This document shows positions 55,070 to 64,000 of a stretch of 64,000 bases of DNA, in pieces. Source of the DNA: Escherichia coli O157:H7 (lineage in GTDB: Bacteria > Pseudomonadota > Gammaproteobacteria > Enterobacterales > Enterobacteriaceae). The translations under genes were made by a program, and so were the position numbers. A model generated the notes under the pieces. That model had not been told where the DNA came from. It worked only from the letters and a program-made list of their open reading frames with translations, and searched no databases. The stretch lies in the NCBI RefSeq assembly GCF_013167455.1, contig NZ_CP038328.1, one strand, 5' to 3'. Position 1 is the first letter of the stretch. Each line of letters starts with the position of its first letter.

Positions 55070-55249
55070 GATAAATGGCACTCCTTCGGTTAGTGAAACG
55101 AGAAAACCAGATAAAGTTCGATTGCGGCCTGGCACAGGGGCGCTAATTATACTCATCTCTGCGCCGCTGGGGAGGGGAAATTTAGGGGTAATAGTAATAA
55201 ATTGTATGCAAAAGCCACGCAAAAAGCATGGCTCTGAATATTTTTGCAC

Positions 55250-56593
55250 TTAAATATGATGAATAATCACTTTGTTGCCCCCCTCGCTTTTCGCTTCGCG
55301 TAAGGCTTTATCTGCTTCCGTCATGACAAGCGAGATATTACGCGTGTCACCCGTTGAAAAAACTGTGCCAATACTGATGGTCATTTGTTCAGGAACATCA
55401 TATCTGTTACTAAAGCCGGTCAGGAGTTCGACATTTTTACGCATACGTTCCGCAATGATTTTTGCCTGGGCACTATTGAGTTCGGTAAATAGCAAGCCAA
55501 ACACCTCACCCTCCAGTCGCGCTAAAATATCATCGGGGCGGATGCTTTGCTGGATAATATCGACAATTGAAACCAGCACTTTATCACCCACACGATGTCC
55601 CCATTGGGCATTGATGCGTTTGAACTGATTAATATCAACCAGCATGACACAGAAGTCCTTAACAACAGGTCGCGACAATAATGACTCTACGCTGTTGAAA
55701 AAGTAGCGCCGATTATAAATATTGGTCAGCACATCATGAACTGCCAGTTTGCTGGAGAGTTGCAGCTCCTGAAAAATGTTATAAATCAGAAAAGACACAA
55801 CAAACAGTTTACTGGAGACTTCAATCCCGCGACTGATATACCAGATGGTATAATTATACTCATCCAGAGTCAGTAGAAGTAAGTTGCAGCATAGCGATGC
55901 CAGACATAATAATGCTATTAACGGCCATAGTTCGCTGGCTAATCGTGTACGCATGATAATAAAGAACAGTAAAAATGCCCACAGACAAACCAATATTTTT
56001 GTATAGTTGATTCCCCAGGTCGCAGTATGATTGTCCGGACAGTAATCGACGACATACAAAGAATAGTCAGCGTTATAACTGCTCAGATTGTGTGCCAGAA
56101 GGGGAAAAACTAAAAAAGGGATCAGCGCCAGCAACAGAATGCCAGTTTTTTTCTTATTGTTGTCAAGGATGTTGTCTTTTCCATAACAAAAGAGCGCCAG
56201 CGAGGTTAAACAAATAAAACTGAGTTGGCGGAAAATATAGAAAATAGAAACATCATTCGACTTTGTCTGGATCAGTGTACTGCCGTTAATTGGTTTATGG
56301 ATAATTACAATGGTTTCAACTAAATAGATAAGGCCACTTAAAAATGCAAGGCTTAAAATGAGTGTTGGTAAAATTTGTTTGTTAGTGAAATATTTCATTA
56401 ACATGAAAAGAAAAATGACGGCGTTAAGGAAAAACAAAGCCACAACAACCATCAGGTAATTCATCTGTGGGATGAGTTTTACATTTGTGTTTTCGTTATA
56501 TAAGGTAGTAATGCAAAATAAAATTAACGTCAGCAATAAACTGAAAATAAAAAAGCTTTGAGCTTTTAATTTTTGTGTACCCATAGAAACCAT
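55250..56593 (-). CDS. cdgI: Degenerate-GGDEF membrane protein CdgI (YeaI); 447 aa from the first ATG
   Basis: Eight predicted TM helices followed by a GGDEF-like domain whose signature is EGEVF; the frame is open for about 70 codons upstream with no ATG, GTG or TTG, and the ATG at 56593 has a poor Shine-Dalgarno. Confidence 0.75.
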   Translation of the reverse strand: MVSMGTQKLKAQSFFIFSLLLTLILFCITTLYNENTNVKLIPQMNYLMVVVALFFLNAVIFLFMLMKYFTNKQILPTLILSLAFLSGLIYLVETIVIIHKPINGSTLIQTKSNDVSIFYIFRQLSFICLTSLALFCYGKDNILDNNKKKTGILLLALIPFLVFPLLAHNLSSYNADYSLYVVDYCPDNHTATWGINYTKILVCLWAFLLFFIIMRTRLASELWPLIALLCLASLCCNLLLLTLDEYNYTIWYISRGIEVSSKLFVVSFLIYNIFQELQLSSKLAVHDVLTNIYNRRYFFNSVESLLSRPVVKDFCVMLVDINQFKRINAQWGHRVGDKVLVSIVDIIQQSIRPDDILARLEGEVFGLLFTELNSAQAKIIAERMRKNVELLTGFSNRYDVPEQMTISIGTVFSTGDTRNISLVMTEADKALREAKSEGGNKVIIHHI

Positions 56594-56871
56594 AAAAAGG
56601 AGAGCAATGTGAGTGCTGGATTTTATTGATGGCAGAGATATATAGTTTTGACCAGGATCAATTTTCGTTAACGATAAAAAATATTTAAAGAATAACCCCA
56701 GGGAAATACGTGTTGACAGAATAATTTTTCCGAATGATTGTTTTCTGGAACTAAATTGTGTAAAGGTTATGCTGTCATATTTAAAGCGATTGTAAGCTAA
56801 TGTATGTAATAAATGAGATAACTTACAGTGAGCTAAAAATCAGCCAGGCGATAATGACCCGGCTGATAGTT

Positions 56872-58167
<1,296 letters not shown>

Positions 58168-58267
58168 CTACATTTGCCAACTGTATGCTACGCCTGTGTT
58201 GCCATTTCTCTGGCCCACGGTTCGCTGTCGTTGTAGGCCCGGTAGCATGTGTACCGGGCCAGGGTTG

Positions 58268-60202
58268 TTAAGACGATTTACGTACGCGCAAATACCATTC
58301 GCACAGTAAACGCACCTGTTTACGGGTGTAGCCTTTTTCCATCATACGGTCGACAAAGTCGTCGTGTTTCTTCTGCTCGTCGGTTGACGTTTTGGCGTTA
58401 AACGAGATAACCGGCAACAGCTCCTCGGTATTGGAGAACATTTTCTTCTCGATAACCGTGCGCAGTTTTTCATAGCTGGTCCAGTTCGGATTGCGTCCGC
58501 TGTTATTGGCTCTGGCGCGCAGTACGAAGTTAACAATCTCGTTGCGGAAATCTTTTGGATTACTGATCCCCGCCGGTTTCTCGATTTTCTCCAGCTCGGC
58601 GTTAAGAGACTCGCGGTCAAACAGCTGCCCGGTATCCGGATCGCGATACTCCTGATCCTGAATCCAGAAATCCGCGTAGGTAACATAACGGTCGAAAATG
58701 TTTTGCCCATATTCGGAATAGGATTCAAGGTAGGCCGTCTGGATCTCTTTGCCAATAAACTCGGCATATTTCGGGATCAGATAACCTTTCAGGAACTCCA
58801 GATAGCGTTCTGCCTGCTCTTGTGGGAACTGCTCGCGCTCGATCTGCTGTTCCAGGACGTAGAACAGATGGACCGGGTTTGCCGCCACTTCTACATGATC
58901 GAAGTTGAACACGCGGGAGAGGATCTTAAACGCAAAACGCGTCGACAGACCGTTCATACCTTCATCGACACCGGCGTAGTCACGATATTCCTGATACGAC
59001 TTGGCTTTGGGATCGGTGTCTTTCAGACTTTCGCCATCATAAACCCGCATCTTTGAATAAATGCTGGAGTTTTCTGGCTCTTTCAGGCGCGAAAGAATGG
59101 AAAAACGTGACAGTGTTTCGAGAGTGCCAGGGGCGCATGGGGCGTGAGTCAATTCACTGTGATTAAGCAATTTCTCGTAGATTTTGATCTCTTCGGAAAT
59201 GCGCAAGCAATACGGCACCTTCACGATGTAAACACGATCGAGGAAGGCTTCGTTGTTTTTGTTATTACGGAAAGTGACCCATTCGGACTCGTTCGAGTGG
59301 GCAAGAATAATCCCGTTGAACGGCAGGGCGGAGATACCTTCCGTCCCGTTGTAGTTACCTTCCTGAGTGGCGGTTAACAAGGGATGCAGCACTTTTATCG
59401 GTGCTTTAAACATCTCGACAAATTCCATGATCCCTTGGTTGGCGCGGCACAGCGCACCGGAATAGCCGTAGGCGTCCGGGTCATTCTGCGCGTAATGTTC
59501 GAGTTTACGAATATCGACTTTCCCAACCAGCGCGGAGATGTCCTGGTTGTTCTCATCACCGGGTTCCGTTTTGGCGATAGCAATTTGTTGCAGAATTGAC
59601 GGCCAGACCTTCACTACCCGGAACTTAGTGATATCGCCACCAAATTCATGCAGGCGTTTTGCCGCCCACGGCGACATGATGGTGCCGAGATAACGGCGAG
59701 GAATGCCATACTCTTTTTCCAGAATCTGCGCATCTTCCTGCGGATTGAAAAGACAGAACGGATGATCGTTGACCGGGCTACGCTCACCGTTGGCGCTCAA
59801 TACATAAATCGGTACGAGCTGCATTAATGATTTCAGTCGCTCAGCAAGCGATGATTTACCCCCACCCACAGGCCCCAGCAGATACAGGATTTGTTTCTTC
59901 TCTTCCAGCCCCTGAGCCGCGTGTTTCAGATAAGAGACAATCTGTTCAATCGCGTCTTCCATGCCGTAAAACTCTTCAAACGCCGGATAACGTGCAATGA
60001 CCCGGTTAGAAAAGAGTCGAGAAAGTCTGGGTTCCTGGGCTGTATCGACCATGACAGGCTCACCGATAGCCATCAATAGCCGCTCAGCCGCGTTGGCATA
60101 AGCACTGCGATCTTGCCGACAAGTGGTAAGAAACTCCTGCAGTGTGAACTCTTCGTCCTTGGCAGCTTCATATCGCTGGCGATAGTGATCGAATATATTC
60201 AT
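58268..60202 (-). CDS. yeaG: PrkA-family serine protein kinase YeaG
   Basis: 644 aa; Walker A GPVGGGKSS in the N-terminal AAA-like domain. Confidence 0.9.
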   Translation of the reverse strand: MNIFDHYRQRYEAAKDEEFTLQEFLTTCRQDRSAYANAAERLLMAIGEPVMVDTAQEPRLSRLFSNRVIARYPAFEEFYGMEDAIEQIVSYLKHAAQGLEEKKQILYLLGPVGGGKSSLAERLKSLMQLVPIYVLSANGERSPVNDHPFCLFNPQEDAQILEKEYGIPRRYLGTIMSPWAAKRLHEFGGDITKFRVVKVWPSILQQIAIAKTEPGDENNQDISALVGKVDIRKLEHYAQNDPDAYGYSGALCRANQGIMEFVEMFKAPIKVLHPLLTATQEGNYNGTEGISALPFNGIILAHSNESEWVTFRNNKNNEAFLDRVYIVKVPYCLRISEEIKIYEKLLNHSELTHAPCAPGTLETLSRFSILSRLKEPENSSIYSKMRVYDGESLKDTDPKAKSYQEYRDYAGVDEGMNGLSTRFAFKILSRVFNFDHVEVAANPVHLFYVLEQQIEREQFPQEQAERYLEFLKGYLIPKYAEFIGKEIQTAYLESYSEYGQNIFDRYVTYADFWIQDQEYRDPDTGQLFDRESLNAELEKIEKPAGISNPKDFRNEIVNFVLRARANNSGRNPNWTSYEKLRTVIEKKMFSNTEELLPVISFNAKTSTDEQKKHDDFVDRMMEKGYTRKQVRLLCEWYLRVRKSS

Positions 60203-60637
60203 GGTATGCCGTCCTTTCGTTTTTTAGCACAGGTTAAGAGCCGTTCATATGAATAGTAGAGGCTCCCGGAAGAGGTAAACTGAACGACGTCTCTTGCTAA
60301 AACACAGCAACTCTCATGCCATTTTATCGACGATGAGAACAACGTGCCCGGTGATACACCTTCAAAATTAAGCGTAGATGGCAAATGGAAAACTTGCCTA
60401 CACGGCTTTCTTAATTTCAATGGCATATCAACAACTCATCCATAAATTTTGCATAATTAATGTAAAGACCAGGCTCGCCAGTAACGCTAAATTCATTTGG
60501 CTGTAAGCGCGGTGTCATCCGCGTCAGGAAAATTAAACAGTTACTTTAAAAAATGAAAACGTAAAAAGGTTGGGTTTCGATGTATTGACGGGTAAACTTT
60601 GTCGCCCGCTAAACATTTGTTTAAGGAATGATTAATT

Positions 60638-61384
60638 GTGACCAAACTCAAACTTCTGGCACTTGGAGTGCTTATCGCAACGTCTGCAGGCGTAGCGCAC
60701 GCTGAAGGTAAATTTTCCCTGGGCGCAGGCGTAGGTGTCGTTGAACACCCATATAAAGATTACGATACCGATGTTTACCCAGTACCGGTAATCAACTATG
60801 AAGGCGATAACTTCTGGTTCCGTGGCTTAGGTGGTGGTTACTACCTGTGGAATGACGCAACGGATAAACTTTCAATTACCGCTTACTGGTCGCCGCTTTA
60901 CTTCAAAGCTAAAGACAGTGGCGATCACCAAATGCGTCACCTGGATGACCGTAAGAGCACCATGATGGCTGGTCTGTCTTATGCTCACTTTACCCAGTAC
61001 GGTTACCTGCGTACCACCCTGGCTGGCGATACCCTGGATAACAGCAACGGCATCGTCTGGGATATGGCCTGGTTGTATCGTTACACCAACGGTGGCCTGA
61101 CCGTGACTCCGGGTATTGGTGTGCAGTGGAACAGCGAAAACCAGAACGAATACTATTATGGCGTATCGCGCAAAGAGTCCGCTCGCAGCGGTCTGCGTGG
61201 CTATAACTCGAACGACAGCTGGAGCCCTTACCTGGAGCTGAGCGCCAGCTACAACTTCCTCGGCGACTGGAGTGTTTACGGTACCGCGCGCTACACCCGT
61301 CTGTCTGATGAAGTTACTGACAGCCCGATTGTGGATAAATCCTGGACTGGCCTGATTTCTACCGGGATCACCTACAAATTCTGA
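60638..61384 (+). CDS. mipA: MltA-interacting outer-membrane protein MipA (GTG start)
   Basis: 248 aa; signal peptide ending AHA; beta-barrel ending in F. Confidence 0.9.
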   Translation: MTKLKLLALGVLIATSAGVAHAEGKFSLGAGVGVVEHPYKDYDTDVYPVPVINYEGDNFWFRGLGGGYYLWNDATDKLSITAYWSPLYFKAKDSGDHQMRHLDDRKSTMMAGLSYAHFTQYGYLRTTLAGDTLDNSNGIVWDMAWLYRYTNGGLTVTPGIGVQWNSENQNEYYYGVSRKESARSGLRGYNSNDSWSPYLELSASYNFLGDWSVYGTARYTRLSDEVTDSPIVDKSWTGLISTGITYKF

Positions 61385-61413
61385 TAATGCATCTTTCCAG
61401 GGCATTTTGTGCA

Positions 61414-61441
61414 TAAAAACAGGGCGTCACGCCCTGTTTTG
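61414..61441 (+). terminator. Intrinsic terminator after mipA
   Basis: AAAACAGGGCG-TCAC-GCCCTGTTTT hairpin with T-run. Confidence 0.7.
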
Positions 61442-61473
61442 CATTACGGTGGTGCAATACCTGGGAGGAAACA

Positions 61474-62328
61474 ATGCAACAAAAAATGATTCAATTTAGT
61501 GGCGATGTCTCACTGCCAGCCATAGGGCAGGGAACATGGTATATGGGCGAAGATGCCAGTCAGCGCAAAACAGAAGTTGCTGCACTACGCGCGGGCATTG
61601 AACTCGGTTTAACCCTCATTGATACCGCCGAAATGTATGCCGATGGCGGTGCCGAAAAGGTGGTTGGGGAAGCATTAACCGGTCTGCGAGAGAAGGTCTT
61701 TCTCGTCTCTAAAGTCTATCCGTGGAATGCTGGCGGGCAAAAAGCGATAAATGCATGCGAAGCCAGTTTACGCCGTCTCAATACTGATTATCTCGATCTC
61801 TACTTATTACACTGGTCTGGCAGTTTCGCTTTTGAAGAGACTGTTGCAGTGATGGAAAAATTGATCGCCCAGGGAAAAATCCGCCGCTGGGGCGTTTCGA
61901 ACCTTGATTATGCTGATATGCAGGAACTCTGGCAGCTGCCGGGGGGAAATCAGTGTGCCACTAATCAGGTGCTTTACCATCTCGGTTCACGAGGGATTGA
62001 GTACGATCTACTCCCCTGGTGCCAGCAACAGCAGATGCCGGTGATGGCTTACAGTCCGTTAGCCCAGGCCGGGCGGTTGCGCAATGGACTGTTAAAAAAC
62101 GCGGTAGTCAACGAAATTGCACATGCTCACAATATCAGCGCGGCGCAAGTATTGTTGGCGTGGGTAATCAGCCATCAGGGTGTGATGGCGATTCCAAAAG
62201 CGGCCACGATTGCCCATGTCCAACAGAATGCGGCTGTGCTTGAGGTCGAACTTTCGTCAGCGGAATTAGCCATGCTGGACAAAGCGTATCCGGCACCAAA
62301 AGGAAAAACTGCGCTGGATATGGTGTGA
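61474..62328 (+). CDS. yeaE: Aldo-keto reductase YeaE
   Basis: 284 aa; AKR fold. Confidence 0.9.
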   Translation: MQQKMIQFSGDVSLPAIGQGTWYMGEDASQRKTEVAALRAGIELGLTLIDTAEMYADGGAEKVVGEALTGLREKVFLVSKVYPWNAGGQKAINACEASLRRLNTDYLDLYLLHWSGSFAFEETVAVMEKLIAQGKIRRWGVSNLDYADMQELWQLPGGNQCATNQVLYHLGSRGIEYDLLPWCQQQQMPVMAYSPLAQAGRLRNGLLKNAVVNEIAHAHNISAAQVLLAWVISHQGVMAIPKAATIAHVQQNAAVLEVELSSAELAMLDKAYPAPKGKTALDMV

Positions 62329-62337
62329 TGTTGATAC

Positions 62338-62362
62338 GTGCCGGATGCATCGCACCCGGCAC
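62338..62362. repeat. REP-like palindromic element between yeaE and yeaD
   Basis: GTGCCGG-ATGCATCGCAC-CCGGCAC inverted repeat resembling the GCCGGATG core of REP elements. Confidence 0.35.
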
Positions 62363-62378
62363 ACAACATTGACGCAAA

Positions 62379-63263
62379 TTAACGTTTGGCAACGCGAATG
62401 GATTGCGCCAGATGTGCAGGTTTTTCTTTGGTCACTTTTTGCATTTCTGAGGCGTAAGCTGTTTCTACACAAACAAAGGTCTTGTAGCCATCGTCCGGCA
62501 TGTCGCCCATGCTAACTGAAAGCGCCGGTCCCGGGTTCCAGCCTACAACGTTCAGATGATGCTGGTGGCCTACGGCGATAATACGATTCAGCGCTTCATC
62601 ATTAATCACGCTGCAATCTTGCGGATTCAGATACACGCGATCGGTACGGTCAGGGAAGGTCTGAATACCGTCGGTCAGTACATCTTCTTTCGCGTCATTT
62701 ACTTTATCAATGAAGCGATCGCCCAGCCCACTGACGCTTACCTTAGCGATATCACCCACGTTAAAGTAGGTATGCAGGGCAGAGGTGGTTTCAAATTCGC
62801 CGTGTGCTTCAAGATCGATTTCACAGTTTTTATCCACGCGGAAATGCGCTAACAGAGTAAAGTCGTGCAGCCAGAATTTTTTCGTCTCTTCGCTTTGTGT
62901 CAATTCAAAAGTCAGCGCTACGCCATTAGCATCTTCACGATGTGATTTCAGCGTCCACGGCAGGTTGCGGGCAAAACCGTGCGCAGGCAGGCCTTGTTGT
63001 GCCGCCGGACCAAACCACGGCCAGCAAACCGGTACGCCACCGCGAATAGCAACGCCATTTTTGAACGGTGTGTTGTTGCTCAACCACAGAACTTCTTCTT
63101 CACCTGCAGGTTTCCACGAGAGAAGGTGTGCGCCCTGTAATGCAAAAGAGGCTTTTACCTGGGGATGATCGACTACAATGAGGTCCAGTTCATCCAGTTT
63201 ACGACGGGAGAGGACAGGGGAGATTTGTTCGATGACCGGAAGGGCAAAAATTTTCTTAATCAT
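62379..63263 (-). CDS. yeaD: Putative glucose-6-phosphate 1-epimerase (aldose-1-epimerase family) YeaD
   Basis: Track ORF trimmed to ATG 63263 (MIKKIFALPVIEQ..., 294 aa). Confidence 0.85.
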   Translation of the reverse strand: MIKKIFALPVIEQISPVLSRRKLDELDLIVVDHPQVKASFALQGAHLLSWKPAGEEEVLWLSNNTPFKNGVAIRGGVPVCWPWFGPAAQQGLPAHGFARNLPWTLKSHREDANGVALTFELTQSEETKKFWLHDFTLLAHFRVDKNCEIDLEAHGEFETTSALHTYFNVGDIAKVSVSGLGDRFIDKVNDAKEDVLTDGIQTFPDRTDRVYLNPQDCSVINDEALNRIIAVGHQHHLNVVGWNPGPALSVSMGDMPDDGYKTFVCVETAYASEMQKVTKEKPAHLAQSIRVAKR

Positions 63264-63292
63264 GACGCAGTCCTTTAACTTCATTTTATCAG

Positions 63293-63325
63293 GTAAAAAA
63301 AAGAGCGACCGAAGTCGCTCTTTTT
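63293..63325 (-). terminator. Intrinsic terminator after gapA
   Basis: Minus strand: GAGCGAC-TTCG-GTCGCTC followed by TTTTTTTT. Confidence 0.7.
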
Positions 63326-63346
63326 AGATCACAGTGTCATCTCAAC

Positions 63347-64000
<654 letters not shown>

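Overview
This 64 kb window is collinear, gene for gene, with the Escherichia coli K-12-type core chromosome between ptrB/exoX and gapA (about 1.86-1.93 Mb in MG1655, here in reverse orientation). I found no evidence of an undescribed multi-gene system: there is no prophage, integrase, transposase, CRISPR array, tRNA or rRNA gene, and no block of genes outside the known E. coli order. Gene identities rest on the supplied six-frame translations, motifs read directly in them, and my recollection of K-12 gene order and protein lengths; no database search was run. Content, left to right: exoX-yobB-holE, yobA-yebZ-yebY, the SdsR/RyeA sRNA pair, pphA, yebW, yebV, rsmF, letB-letA, msrC, proQ-prc, htpX, yebQ, kdgR, yobH, mgrB, yebO, yobF-cspC, rlmA, mntP with its Mn riboswitch leader, yobD, manXYZ, yoaE, pdeD, sdaA, nudL, pabB, yoaH, yoaC, yoaB, yoaA, tsaB, yeaY, fadD, rnd, yeaXWV, dmlA/dmlR, leuE, yeaR-yoaG, yeaQ, yoaK-yoaJ, dgcP, yoaF, yeaO, nimT/nimR, yeaL, yeaK, yoaI, dgcJ, cdgI, yeaH-yeaG, mipA, yeaE, yeaD and the 3' part of gapA. 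Several start codons in the ORF track are in-frame N-terminal over-extensions and were trimmed. The most notable local anomaly is an in-frame TAA (48547-48549) that cuts dgcP inside its GGDEF domain, with the rest of the domain still encoded in frame downstream. Two further points worth checking are the absence of any canonical start codon for a longer form of cdgI, and a yeaV N-terminal extension with a good Shine-Dalgarno that encodes a plausible first transmembrane helix. Everything else is expected regulatory or structural detail (sRNAs, riboswitch, terminators, small-protein genes).
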